DNA of 64,000 nt, taken from Pseudomonadota bacterium. Its GTDB lineage: Bacteria > Myxococcota > JACRCW01 > JAFGSX01. The notes under the pieces are model-generated. The model made no database searches, was not told the DNA's origin, and was given only the letters and a program-made list of their open reading frames with translations. Made by a program: the position numbers and the translations under genes. The stretch's first letter is position 1; every line of letters begins with the position of its first letter. Of the stretch, positions 38,119 through 50,168 are shown one piece after another. The stretch is taken from positions 192,001-256,000 of the forward strand of contig JBDRCO010000003.1 in NCBI GenBank assembly GCA_043821645.1, given 5' to 3'.

Positions 38119-39570
38119 TCAGCTTTGTGAAGTGCTTGGTTCGGCGGATGGCTCTCCACCACCTTCACCGCCACCCTCTCCCCCGCGGGGCTTGCGGCGC
38201 CGTCGGCGACGCCGACGTTTGCGGGGGGCTGCACCGCTGGGGTCACCGCTCTCGCTGGACACGGTCTCCACGCCCGTGTCTTCGCCCACGGTCTCGTCCA
38301 GATCCTCGTCCGAGCTGGGTGCCGGTGCTGCTGCCGCCGCTGGTCGAGGTGGCGGAGGCGCCGCCTGGACCTCTGTCCCGGGAGCACCGGGGGCAGTGGG
38401 GTCCGCTTCGCGACCTGGTTCCGGCCGTCCCTCTCCGCCGCCACGCCGACGACCCCGTCGTGAGCGGCGGGCGCCCTCGCGCGGTGCAGCATCGGCCGCT
38501 AGAGCCTCCCCATCAGGCGCGGGCGCGGGTGCGGGCCTCTGTGCCGGTCGGGCCGAGGGAGCTCGCGGCGCTGACACTGGCGCGCTTGCCGGGGCGCGGT
38601 TCGCCATCTTGTGACCGGGACAGTCGCCGTCGCAGCCCTGGCACAGTTCCGCGCGCGTGAACTCCTTCATGCCGCTTTCGAGCGATACGCGCACATTTCC
38701 ACGGAGCACATCGACGTCGCGGACGCGGCCTTCACCCGAGGGGGTCTGGATGCGCTTGCCGACCTTGGGCAAACCTACACGCAGTTCCTTGTAAATCTCT
38801 TCCTCGTAGTTGAGGCAGCACAGCAGCCTGCCACAGACCCCTGACACCTTTTGCGGGTTCAGGGCCAGCCCCTGGTCCTTGGCCATGCGAATCGACACCG
38901 GGGCGAAGCGCTGTATCCACGAGCAGCAGCACAGCTCGCGTCCACACATGCCGAGGCCACCCACCAGCTTGGCCTGGTCCCGTACCCCGATCTGGCGCAT
39001 CTCGATACGGGCGTGAAATCGCCTGGCCAGCTCCCTCACCAGGTTCCGGAAGTCGACGCGCTCCTCGCTGGCGAAGTGGAAGGTGAGGCGGGCGCCGCCC
39101 TGTCCGATCTCCACCCGCACCAGCTTCATCGGGAGCTTGTATTCGCGGACCTTCTCCTGGCAAAAGGCAAAGGTCTCCTGCTCCTGCTTGTTCCCCTTGT
39201 CGAGCGAGGCCTGGGAATCCTGGATGCGCCGGATCACGCGCCGGAGCCGGCGCGGGTCCACCTGCTTGACCTGGGCGCGGGTGAGCACGGTGGCGGGGCG
39301 CGGATCGCGAGCGGTCTCCACCAGCACACGGTCCCCCGGCTCCAGCACCAGGCCGATACAGTCGACATCGCGGGGCGCGTCACCGATGGCGAAGCCGACC
39401 CCCACCACGGTGCGGCTCACCAGCCTGGAGCCCGGTCGGTCCGCGGGTGGTGCCTCGGCGGCTGGCAGCTCGACGGCTGGCTCGGCTCCACTGCCCGCCG
39501 CCACACCTGTGGTCTCCGCTTCGTCGACGACAATGGGATCGATGTCGCCGCCCCTCTCGCTGGCGGTCAT
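38119..39570 (-). CDS. ricT: PSP1/RicT (YaaT) family Fe-S protein with a long disordered tail
   Basis: LPMKLV..E, F.SEERVDFR.LV.ELA..F..RIEMRQIGVRD.AK..GG.G.CGRELCC, MAKDQ.L.LNP.K.SG.CGRL.CCL.YE. Confidence 0.88.
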   Translation of the reverse strand: MTASERGGDIDPIVVDEAETTGVAAGSGAEPAVELPAAEAPPADRPGSRLVSRTVVGVGFAIGDAPRDVDCIGLVLEPGDRVLVETARDPRPATVLTRAQVKQVDPRRLRRVIRRIQDSQASLDKGNKQEQETFAFCQEKVREYKLPMKLVRVEIGQGGARLTFHFASEERVDFRNLVRELARRFHARIEMRQIGVRDQAKLVGGLGMCGRELCCCSWIQRFAPVSIRMAKDQGLALNPQKVSGVCGRLLCCLNYEEEIYKELRVGLPKVGKRIQTPSGEGRVRDVDVLRGNVRVSLESGMKEFTRAELCQGCDGDCPGHKMANRAPASAPVSAPRAPSARPAQRPAPAPAPDGEALAADAAPREGARRSRRGRRRGGGEGRPEPGREADPTAPGAPGTEVQAAPPPPRPAAAAAPAPSSDEDLDETVGEDTGVETVSSESGDPSGAAPRKRRRRRRRRKPRGGEGGGEGGGEPSAEPSTSQS

Positions 39571-39893
39571 GATTCATGCTCGCTGCGCGCCGGTCCGCGT
39601 GGTCTGGACCGCACCGAAGGACGGTGCGCGATCTGCAGCCGCAATCCTGGCGCGCTCTGGCCCGGACGGAAACTTCCGGGGTGACCTCGAGTGCTCGCGA
39701 CCTCGTCGCGAAAGAAACAGCATAGGTCGCAACAGGATGCGGCTCAAGTGGCAAGCCGAGGTCGACGCCCGGAGTGCGTCTTTCGAGCTGCACTGTCGGT
39801 GCGAGGAGCCGCCACGACAGTTCACAGCAGGTCTTGCCACAGCCTGTCTCGGGTTGTCGGACGGGGACGAGGCCCGGTTCACCGCGCATGGCC

Positions 39894-39922
39894 TTGACAC
39901 GGTCGCGCTCTCACATAAATAT
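39894..39922 (+). promoter_or_regulatory. Putative sigma70-type promoter for the J-domain gene
   Basis: Perfect TTGACA (39894-39899), 16-17 nt spacer, TAAATA/AAATAT in an otherwise GC-rich context. Confidence 0.5.
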
Positions 39923-39989
39923 GGGCTCGTCATGCCCGGAGAGTTCAGGCACGGGGGGACCTGTCCACGAGAGACAAGGACGGGAAGGG

Positions 39990-41240
39990 ATGGTTTCCGG
40001 CGTTCTCAAGTCCGTCGCGGACCCCGATGAGATCCCCAGGCCCGTGGAGGGCGTGGATGTGACCCGCTTTGACCTCACGGCCGAGGAGGGTTTCGTGTAC
40101 TCGCGCATCGACGGCCACACGCCGGTGCGCTCCCTTCCGATGATGACGGCCTTGCCCGAGGCCTCGGTGGCGCGTGCCCTGCAGCGCCTGCGCGTCCTTG
40201 GGGCGGTGGTCCTGAGCACCGTGGGCGGTAACGGCACTTCGCAGTCGGCAGCACGCCCCCGCAAGCAGGATGAGCCCTTCGAGGGCATGGTCTTCAACCT
40301 CGTGGACCTTGCCGAGCAGGTGGATCTCGCCGAGGAGCAGAAGAAGCGCATCCTTTTCGTCGAGGCCAAGCTCACGAGCTGGAATCACTTCGAGCTGCTC
40401 GGGCTTGGACGTGGGTCGACCCAGGCCGACGTGCGAAAGGCCTACTTCAAGGCCAGCAAGGAATTCCACCCGGACGCGTATTTCCGCAAGAACCTGGGCA
40501 GTTACGGCCATCGTATCGAGACGATCTTCAAGGCCATGAAGATCAGCTACGACCTGCTCAGCAACGACGAGACCCGAGAGGCCTACGAGAAAAGCATCGT
40601 ATGGACGATGACGCCCGAAGAGGAGCGGGTCATCGTCGACAAGGTGAAGCGCAAGGCACGCGAGGGCCGGCGTGAGATCCTGCTGCGTGAGCGGCGACTC
40701 AAGAACAACCCAATGGTCGAGCGCATCAAGCGCGCGAACGTGCTGTACCAGGCGGGGATCGAGGCCATCCGGGCCGAGAAATGGATCGAGGCAGCGAATC
40801 ACCTGCGCCTGGCCATCACCTTCCATCCGATGCATCGGCCCTACCACGAGCTCTACTCGGAAGCGTCGTCGCGCGCCAAGCACATCCGCGCCCAGAACAT
40901 CGTCCGCACCATGAACGCATTGCTCGAGGCCGGAGAGAATGACGCCCTCATCGAACTCATCGATGAGCTGATGCATGTGGGTGAGGACAGGGCGGATCTG
41001 CTGGCCGAGGGCGCGGAGATCGTGCTCAGGTCCGGAGCCGTGAGGCGGGCCTTTGAACTGGCGCAGCGGGCGGTCGCCACCCGTGAGCATGACAAGCACG
41101 CCCTGCTGGCCCTTGCCCACGCTGCGGAGCGTGCCGAGAAGTGGAGCGTGGCCACCCGGAGCGTCGAGAAGCTGCTGGTGCAGGACGCCAGCAACGGGAG
41201 CTACAAGGACTGGCTCAAGAAGCTACGGAAGCACCTCTGA
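39990..41240 (+). CDS. J-domain (DnaJ-class) protein with N-terminal winged-helix-like domain and C-terminal TPR-like helices
   Basis: HFELLGL...VRKAYFKASKEFHPD...Y.LLSN...R.AY (HPD motif). Start uncertain; ATG 39990 chosen. Confidence 0.85.
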   Translation: MVSGVLKSVADPDEIPRPVEGVDVTRFDLTAEEGFVYSRIDGHTPVRSLPMMTALPEASVARALQRLRVLGAVVLSTVGGNGTSQSAARPRKQDEPFEGMVFNLVDLAEQVDLAEEQKKRILFVEAKLTSWNHFELLGLGRGSTQADVRKAYFKASKEFHPDAYFRKNLGSYGHRIETIFKAMKISYDLLSNDETREAYEKSIVWTMTPEEERVIVDKVKRKAREGRREILLRERRLKNNPMVERIKRANVLYQAGIEAIRAEKWIEAANHLRLAITFHPMHRPYHELYSEASSRAKHIRAQNIVRTMNALLEAGENDALIELIDELMHVGEDRADLLAEGAEIVLRSGAVRRAFELAQRAVATREHDKHALLALAHAAERAEKWSVATRSVEKLLVQDASNGSYKDWLKKLRKHL

Positions 41241-41394
41241 CCCGTGCCCCAAGGGGTTCGCGGAAATCGAACAGTCGGTTGCTTCACCCGTGCTTCATGG
41301 CTAATGTGGACGCGACAACGACCCGGAATCTGATCCGAGCCCTCGCGCAGCTTGCGCGACGTGGCCACACCCTCTGGGGGGGTACAAGTCGATC

Positions 41395-43221
<1,827 letters not shown>

Positions 43222-43316
43222 GGCAGGAGTTGGGGCGCGCAGCGCGGGCATGGGTCGTCGGGACCTGCCCGCCATGGCAGAGGGTCTGGGAGACAACCTC
43301 GGAGGGATGGTCAGGC

Positions 43317-45371
43317 GTGAGCGACGCGCACGAAGCACGCATTTGCGAGCTCCTCGAAAAGGGGCTGCAGCACTACGGGATGGGTGAACCAACCCGGGCC
43401 CTCGCGATCTGGAGCGAGGTCCTGTCGCTGGATCCCGCCAACATCCGCGCTGCCGAATACATCAAGTTCGTGGGAGAGAGCTTGCAGGACGTCGCCGGGC
43501 CCGGGACGGCTGTGGAACCCACGGCGGCAAAGGTTGCCCCGGCTCCAGGTGGCGTCGTGGCGGACCCTTCGGCGGCGCCTCCCGCAGAATCCCCCACGGG
43601 TCCACTGCTTGTGGGCGATGAGGCTCCGGCCGTCGTCGTAGCACCGGATGTTGCCGAGCAACACGCCGAGCCTGCCGTGCCCACTCGCCCTGCGGTGGCG
43701 GTTGAACCCACCACCCCGGAGGACAACCACACAGCCGAGATCGCGGTGCCGGATCATGGCTCGAAACCCGCCATGATGGCGACGGTTCCAGAGACCACAG
43801 CGGAGACCCAGGCGGCTCTCATCGACGACCCACTGGCCGTGTCCTGGGGTGACCTGGTGGCGCCCCCGCCGCCGGAGCCGGTGGTGTTGGATGAGACGGT
43901 CGATATCGAGCTCTCGGATGAGGTGGTGGGACCGGACCCAGGCGTCGTGGCCGAGGCCGCTGCCGAGGTGATGGCTGACGCGGTGGCGGTGACCGAGCCT
44001 CCCTCCGCTTCGGTTGACCAGATCGCGGCTGTGGATGGCGGTCCGGAAGCGTCGGCCAGTACTGGCCACCCGGCACAGGATGCAGCACAGGACGTGAGCG
44101 CCTCGCCGAGCACAGAACTGCCCCCGCAACCCGCTGAATTCGCCGCGCCCTCGCCCGAGGCAAGTGAGAACCCCTCCACGCCCCTTGCCCCCGAGGCATC
44201 TTTGGACCCAGCCAGCGAGCAAGCCACGCTGGATGCGCCTGCGATTGCTGGCATCGCCGCGGCGACTCCGGCGGACGAGGATGATCTACCCGACGTCGAG
44301 GTCGAGATCGAGGAGTTACAGGAGCGATCCACTCCAGACAGCGATGCGAGCACAGACCAGGATCTGGCCTCGCCCGTCGCCATCGAGGAGGAAGGGCGTG
44401 CGGACCCGGCAGCTCCGAGCGTCAGCCCGGAAGAGAGCGCCGCGCCCGGGCTCGCGTCGAGTCTTTCCACAGTGGAATCGGTCACGCCGGACATCCCGAC
44501 GCCAGCGCTCGCTGGATACACCGACGTCGCACCCTTGCCTGTCACGCCGGACGCCCCCGCCCTGGAACTTATGCCACCGGTCGTCAGCCCCATCGTCGGG
44601 GATTGGGGTTCGGCCTTCGAGCAGGTTCCGAGTGACCAGTTCCAGACCTTTGGCGACATGCTCACCTCGTCCGCTGCGTCGAGTCCCGACGAGAATGCTC
44701 CCGTCGTGCGGGAGAGTCTGTCTTCGCCGCTGCCGCCGGCCGAGGAGGTGGTGGCTCTCCCGGCCGGAGCACCCGCCGAGCTGCGGGAAGAGGTGTCCGA
44801 GACAGAAGCCCCTGCCGGGGTCTCCGATCCCTGGGATGAGGGGCCGTCGCTGTCCGAACCTGTTCACGTGAAGAGTGCGAACCGGGAGTTCCTGGATCCG
44901 TCCAGCGGCGAGCACTCGATCGAGGAGCACTCGCAGCCCAGTGAACCCGGCCTCATTGATGAGCCCATTTCCACCGCCGACGCAGACGCGTCCGAGTGCG
45001 AGCGGCTCATGCAGGGTGCCCGGGACATGTTCGATCTCGGAGATTTCTCGGGCTCGCTCGAGCTGGTCGAGAAGGTGCTCGAGATCGACGCCGAGAACGC
45101 TGAGGCCCGGGACTATCTCAGCCGCAACCAGGGCACTTTGCTCAAGATGTACGAGTCCAAGATCGGGTCCTTCTCCCAGGTGCCGCGGGTGACCATCCCT
45201 CCCGACGAGGTGATCTGGCTCAACCTGCACCATCGTGCCGGGTTCCTGCTAGCCCAGATCGACGGCAGCATGACCTTCGAGGACCTGCTCTCCCTGTCGG
45301 CCATGTCCAAGCTCGAGACCTGCAAGATCCTCGTCAAGCTCATCAGCGAGGGAGTGATCACCGCGTCCTGA
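43317..45371 (+). CDS. Hypothetical protein: TPR-like N-terminus, long acidic/Pro-rich disordered region, TPR + winged-helix-like C-terminus
   Basis: GTG start after GGAGGG; W..VLSLDP.N..A.EY; C-terminal HRAGFLLAQIDG. Confidence 0.72.
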   Translation: MSDAHEARICELLEKGLQHYGMGEPTRALAIWSEVLSLDPANIRAAEYIKFVGESLQDVAGPGTAVEPTAAKVAPAPGGVVADPSAAPPAESPTGPLLVGDEAPAVVVAPDVAEQHAEPAVPTRPAVAVEPTTPEDNHTAEIAVPDHGSKPAMMATVPETTAETQAALIDDPLAVSWGDLVAPPPPEPVVLDETVDIELSDEVVGPDPGVVAEAAAEVMADAVAVTEPPSASVDQIAAVDGGPEASASTGHPAQDAAQDVSASPSTELPPQPAEFAAPSPEASENPSTPLAPEASLDPASEQATLDAPAIAGIAAATPADEDDLPDVEVEIEELQERSTPDSDASTDQDLASPVAIEEEGRADPAAPSVSPEESAAPGLASSLSTVESVTPDIPTPALAGYTDVAPLPVTPDAPALELMPPVVSPIVGDWGSAFEQVPSDQFQTFGDMLTSSAASSPDENAPVVRESLSSPLPPAEEVVALPAGAPAELREEVSETEAPAGVSDPWDEGPSLSEPVHVKSANREFLDPSSGEHSIEEHSQPSEPGLIDEPISTADADASECERLMQGARDMFDLGDFSGSLELVEKVLEIDAENAEARDYLSRNQGTLLKMYESKIGSFSQVPRVTIPPDEVIWLNLHHRAGFLLAQIDGSMTFEDLLSLSAMSKLETCKILVKLISEGVITAS

Positions 45372-45450
45372 ATGCCGGCGTCATTCCGGGCTCGAGGGCC
45401 GTCTGCGGTGCAGCGGACCCGGGACTGAACACCGGATCGCTTCCAGGATC

Positions 45451-48400
45451 TCAGAACGCTTCATCGGGCCCGATGTCCGGTCCGGCGCCCATGGGCCTGG
45501 GTTGGCCATCGATGTCCAGCAGCGACACCGTGATGGGATCCGCCGCGTCGACGGCAGGGGACAGCGCACTGGTCAGGTGCCCCGAGCTGTCGATCCCGAC
45601 GTCGTCCACCGCGGATAGGTTCCTGAATCGCGAGCGCAGGCTCGACAGGGCCACGTCGTCGTCCGCCAGGGCCAGCCCCAGCTGGGTCATCAGGGTTCGC
45701 CCGCCGGGTGCGAACATCACATGGTGCAGGGCCAGCCACTGATCTGGACCCTCGGACACCTCGAGGGCCGCCGCGGCCTGGGCGATCTTGACGATGGAAT
45801 TGCGCAGCTCCCCGGTGGCTCCGTCGCCAAGGACCACTGTCCCCCGGCTTGCCCCGGATGCGGCGAGGTAACTGCTGTTGATGCGCACCGGGCTGGTGGC
45901 GTGCACGGCCTGGGCGTCGACCTGGCCAGAAGCGCGGATCACGGACGTGACGATCAAGCCCTGGCATGATCGGAGGGCCAGGCCCGTGGCCAGGGACGCG
46001 CTCACTGTGAGCCGGGTGCGCTCGAGCTGAACCGAGGCCGGCTCCTCCGTCATCCCCTGGCAGCTGACGGCCTGGGCGACGCCCAGCTCGGCGTCTGCTT
46101 CGACGACGACCTGGGAGGTGCCCAGCCGGACATCCACCACGTCCTGCAGCTGGATCCCGGTGCTGTTCTGGGGTGCGCTCACGCGCAGGTCCGCGAGCTC
46201 CACATCCAGCCACTGGCTGCCACGCAATGCGAGCCCCGTGGCATCCACCGCACCCACGACCTGCAGGGTGCCGGCCACGGCGAGGGTTGCACTGTCCGAC
46301 CCCATCGTCGGCGAGCTCAGATCCACCAGCCAGCCGTCGACGATGCCCCAGCTCGATGCGGCGACCACGAACAGGTCGACCAGCTCCAGCTCACTGCTCT
46401 GGAGCCCGACCAGCTGCGCACCGATCGCCCGCCCGACCGCCGCCGCATGCAGCGAGACCCCATGCAGGGATGCTTGGGCGCTGTCGATGGAGAGCGCCAC
46501 CGCCGTGGCGGCCTGGCCATCAGCACTGGCGCGAAGGCTGGCATCGGTCAGGGTGATGTCGCCTCCGGCAACCTCCAGGGCCACCAGGTCCGCGGTTGGG
46601 CTCTCGGCGCCACCCACCAGCTCACCCGACAGGCGCGCGTTCACGGCGAAGAACAAAGAAACAGCCACTCCCCGGCCCTCGGCCCTGATCTTGCGAGGAC
46701 CCCGCACGCTGCTGTCCGAGGTCAGAGTGGGCTGGCACTTGTGACAGCGAAGTGTCACCGCGAGGTCTGCCTGGATCAGCTCTCCATCATCGAGGGCGAG
46801 GGTGCTGGATTCGATCAGGAGTTCGCTGCGAACGACATCCAGGCCCGTGACGTCGCGGGCGGCCTCGAGCTGGTCCCCGGGGCCAAGGGATGCGCGCTCG
46901 AGGACCAGCTTGCCATCTGCCGAGCGAACACCGAAGACCAGCGGGGCTCGCCCCAGCTCGATGCGGCTGTCCTGGAGGAGCACATCGCTCGAGGGCCCCG
47001 CATCCAGGGTCGTGCTCAGGTTGTTCGCGATTCCACCCCGCAGCACGCAGTCGCGGATCTCGACGCGGTGTCCCTCTCCGACGTCGACGGTCCAGGACTC
47101 CTCTGCCAGGGTCGGCCCGGTGGCCTCGACCCCGATCAGACGGGTACGTGGGCCCATCACCAGCAACCTGCGGCGCGGCACCACGGCGGTGGCAGCCAGG
47201 GCATGGATGCGGATCTGCGCCAGGCTAGATCCACTCTCCAGACTCACAGCGTCGATGCCAGGGACACCCAGGGCGGTGACGGCCGCGCCATCCTGCGTGT
47301 AGTCCCCGTCGTCAAAGACCCAACCACCACTCAGTCGAACATTGGCGGGAACACGCAGCGCCTGTGCCGCGGCGTGATTGCCTGCGGCGAGCCGAAGCTC
47401 GCCAAAACCGAAGCGCTGCACCTGAACCAGCCCTTGCCCGGGTGTCCGGGCAGGTCGAGCGGGGCTGCCGTCACCATCGTCAAGACCGCGAGCCGGATCC
47501 ACATAAGGGCCAGCCACCTCGACATGAACGGTCGCCAGATCACTGCTGCAGGCCTGTTCCGCATCGCAGACAGTGAGCTGGAAGTGCAGCGTCGTCGGCG
47601 TGGCCGGCGCCATGAAGCTGGCAAGACCGCCGCCAAGGTCCTGCAGCTCGACCGCGGGCTCCAGCGGCGGGAGCTGCTCCCACAGGGAACTTGCGATGCG
47701 CCCACTATCGGGGTCGTCGCTGCGACTCCCATCCAAGCGCACCGCGGATCCGGGCAGAGCCCAGTGTTCGCCACCTGCCTGCGCCACGGGTGGCTGGTTC
47801 TGGGCGAGGGGATCGACGGTGATCACGACGACGTCCGGGTTGGATGCGGCCACACCGTCATCGACCACCAAGGCGAAGGCCAGGATGACAGCCTGGGCCG
47901 GAGCATCAAAGGTGCAGACGGCATCGTGGCAGGCCAGGCTGACTGCCGGACCCTGCACCTGCCACCAGCGGTGGTCGTGGAGGACCGTGCCATCGGGATC
48001 GTGGGAGCGGGTGGCTGCGAGGGCCACCCGACGGTCCGGGCGAACACTTCGGTCGGGACCGGCGTCTGCGACCGGCGCCCTGTTGCCGATGCCTGCGGTC
48101 ACCTGGATGACGGCGACGGCAGGCGCCAGGTGCCGGCCTTCCTGCTCCTGGTCCAGGCGAAATGCCAGCCCCTGGGGCCGTCGCGGTGCCACGAACACGA
48201 CGCTGCCATCGGCTTGCTCGTTCCAGGTCACAGCATCCCCTCGGATCTGGCGCAGAGCAAGCAGGCCTGCGCTGGGGTCCGCGGGCGTTGATGGTCTCAG
48301 CACCACTGTCGCGCCGGGCTCCACGAAGGGCGGCGCGGCAAGTTCGGGGGCCGCTCCGGTCTCGACGATCTCTTCACGGCGATCGACCACCACAAAATCC

Positions 48401-49092
48401 GGCTCGGACCACAGGCCGTTGGCGTCCTGCACCTCGAGGGCGAACACCGCGGCGTCCGTCGTCGGCCCCAGGTGCAGGGACGTGCGCAGCGCCGACGCGT
48501 CCTCCAGGGTTGCGGTGCCCCCGATCACCTGCGTCCAGCGCGCCGTCTGCAGCGCAGCATCCAGGCCGGTACTGCGCGAGGCATCGAGGACGACGCTGTC
48601 GTCGGTGGTCACGAGATCGCCGGAGGCCACTGCGAGCGGCGCCTGCAGCGGATCTCCATCCACCACCACGATCCGTGTGCTGTCCGTGCCGAGCAAGGCA
48701 TCGCCGCGAAGCTCGAGTCCGAACACCAGGGCGTCCGCCCGCGGCGGAGCAGAGAGCCGTACCAGCGCGCTCACCGCGGAGTCGAGGGTCACGCGTTCGC
48801 CCTCCCGCTGTCGCCACAGCCGGTCCCGCACCTCGGCAGACCCCAGCACGCGGCTGCAGCGTCCGTCGAGGGAGACGGGCAGTGCTCGGGTCACCACCAT
48901 GTCGGGGCCCGCGCAGGCCAGGAGCTCGGTCAGCTCCGCGGGCTCCGGCGGCTGTTTCGGGATCACCGTCGCGTCGCTCAGATCAAAATCGCAGCCCAAA
49001 AGCAGGGCTGCGCTGATCACGGGGCACAACCAGGCACGCTGACGCACCATGCGCGCTAGAAGGGGAACCACACGGGAAACAACAGGTCGCAT
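45451..49092 (-). CDS. Lipoprotein with PKD/REJ-like Ig repeats, beta-helix region and choice-of-anchor Q-like C-terminus
   Basis: Lipobox LLLGC (alternative start 49050); repeated AGPD..V....V.LDG..S.D.D.....W.Q..G; YVDP..G.D..DGS...P; C-terminal SPAVDA...DIDGQPRP.G.GPDIGPDE. Confidence 0.75.
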   Translation of the reverse strand: MRPVVSRVVPLLARMVRQRAWLCPVISAALLLGCDFDLSDATVIPKQPPEPAELTELLACAGPDMVVTRALPVSLDGRCSRVLGSAEVRDRLWRQREGERVTLDSAVSALVRLSAPPRADALVFGLELRGDALLGTDSTRIVVVDGDPLQAPLAVASGDLVTTDDSVVLDASRSTGLDAALQTARWTQVIGGTATLEDASALRTSLHLGPTTDAAVFALEVQDANGLWSEPDFVVVDRREEIVETGAAPELAAPPFVEPGATVVLRPSTPADPSAGLLALRQIRGDAVTWNEQADGSVVFVAPRRPQGLAFRLDQEQEGRHLAPAVAVIQVTAGIGNRAPVADAGPDRSVRPDRRVALAATRSHDPDGTVLHDHRWWQVQGPAVSLACHDAVCTFDAPAQAVILAFALVVDDGVAASNPDVVVITVDPLAQNQPPVAQAGGEHWALPGSAVRLDGSRSDDPDSGRIASSLWEQLPPLEPAVELQDLGGGLASFMAPATPTTLHFQLTVCDAEQACSSDLATVHVEVAGPYVDPARGLDDGDGSPARPARTPGQGLVQVQRFGFGELRLAAGNHAAAQALRVPANVRLSGGWVFDDGDYTQDGAAVTALGVPGIDAVSLESGSSLAQIRIHALAATAVVPRRRLLVMGPRTRLIGVEATGPTLAEESWTVDVGEGHRVEIRDCVLRGGIANNLSTTLDAGPSSDVLLQDSRIELGRAPLVFGVRSADGKLVLERASLGPGDQLEAARDVTGLDVVRSELLIESSTLALDDGELIQADLAVTLRCHKCQPTLTSDSSVRGPRKIRAEGRGVAVSLFFAVNARLSGELVGGAESPTADLVALEVAGGDITLTDASLRASADGQAATAVALSIDSAQASLHGVSLHAAAVGRAIGAQLVGLQSSELELVDLFVVAASSWGIVDGWLVDLSSPTMGSDSATLAVAGTLQVVGAVDATGLALRGSQWLDVELADLRVSAPQNSTGIQLQDVVDVRLGTSQVVVEADAELGVAQAVSCQGMTEEPASVQLERTRLTVSASLATGLALRSCQGLIVTSVIRASGQVDAQAVHATSPVRINSSYLAASGASRGTVVLGDGATGELRNSIVKIAQAAAALEVSEGPDQWLALHHVMFAPGGRTLMTQLGLALADDDVALSSLRSRFRNLSAVDDVGIDSSGHLTSALSPAVDAADPITVSLLDIDGQPRPMGAGPDIGPDEAF

Positions 49093-49139
49093 GTCACCGC
49101 CAGATCATGGGCACCTGGGAGTATACCATCCGACGATGC

Positions 49140-50168
49140 TCAGCTGTCCGGGATGCTGCCGTCCGGTGCGATGGGAGTGTTGGTGTACAACGTGGGATCG
49201 ACAAAGCGGCCATGCATGGACACGGCGTAGTGCAGGTGAGGTCCGGTCGAGCGTCCGGTGTTGCCGACGGTCCCGATGGGCATCCTGTCATCGAGGACGG
49301 TGCCGGCGCTGACGAACAGGTGTGCCATGTGCGCGTAGTGCGTGCGGACGCCGTTGGCATGCTCCAGCACGACGTAGTTGCCATAACCTCCACTCCAGGC
49401 GGCGAATACGACCACGCCCGAGGCGGCTGCGTAGACGGGCGTCTCCGGTGACGAGACCAGATCGACACCGGAGTGGAACCTGAAGCGTCCGTTGACCGGA
49501 TCGCGCCTGTAGCCAAAGGGGCTCGAGGGCATCACGGTCTTCAGTGGCCACATCAGCATCAGGCCGTCGATATCCCGGGGGCTGACCGAACCCAGCGTGT
49601 AGGTGTCGTGGGTGGCGTGCAGCTCGCGCACCCGCTGATCGATCTTCTCCAGGATCTCGATGTAGTCGACCGTGAGTTCGTGGGGCAGGTCGGTGAAGCG
49701 CTGGCGATCGCGGTCCATCTCGACCTCGAGCGTGACCCGGGCGCGCACCAGAGCGCCGAGATCGCTGGCACTCGGCTGGAGGTCCAGGGACTGGTCGATG
49801 GAGCCAAAGGCCTGCTGCCACTGCTCGAGCACCCCGGGCGGAGGAATGTCTCCTGCGGGGACGCTGTTTCCGGCCCGGCCAGCCACCAGTTGCATCAGGT
49901 TGCGATCCAGCCGCCGACCCATCTCGGCCGCTTTTTTCTTCGGTGCCCGCGCGGCCTTGCGCTCGCTGTCCTGCTCGAAGGCGCGGACGCGCTCGGCCAC
50001 CGAGCCCACGTAGTTCTCGTCGGCGGCAGCGGAGTGCAGGACCTGCGTCGTGGTCTCGCCAGGTGCTGGATCGTCCTCCCAGGTGCGTTGCGGGGGGCGC
50101 AGCTCCGGGCCGCTGGCACAGGCCACCACAGCACCGAGCAGCAGCATGACAGCCCAGTTCCAGCGCAT
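49140..50168 (-). CDS. M23 family metallopeptidase lipoprotein
   Basis: Lipobox VVAC; SPFGYR.DP, HSGVDL (HxxxD), GYGN, YAHM, TGRSTGPHLHY (HxH). Start at MRWNW (50168). Confidence 0.9.
   Translation of the reverse strand: MRWNWAVMLLLGAVVACASGPELRPPQRTWEDDPAPGETTTQVLHSAAADENYVGSVAERVRAFEQDSERKAARAPKKKAAEMGRRLDRNLMQLVAGRAGNSVPAGDIPPPGVLEQWQQAFGSIDQSLDLQPSASDLGALVRARVTLEVEMDRDRQRFTDLPHELTVDYIEILEKIDQRVRELHATHDTYTLGSVSPRDIDGLMLMWPLKTVMPSSPFGYRRDPVNGRFRFHSGVDLVSSPETPVYAAASGVVVFAAWSGGYGNYVVLEHANGVRTHYAHMAHLFVSAGTVLDDRMPIGTVGNTGRSTGPHLHYAVSMHGRFVDPTLYTNTPIAPDGSIPDS

Noticed and set aside
41241..41394. CIRCE or heat-shock operator upstream of dnaK
   Set aside because: No TTAGCACTC-N9-GAGTGCTAA is present.
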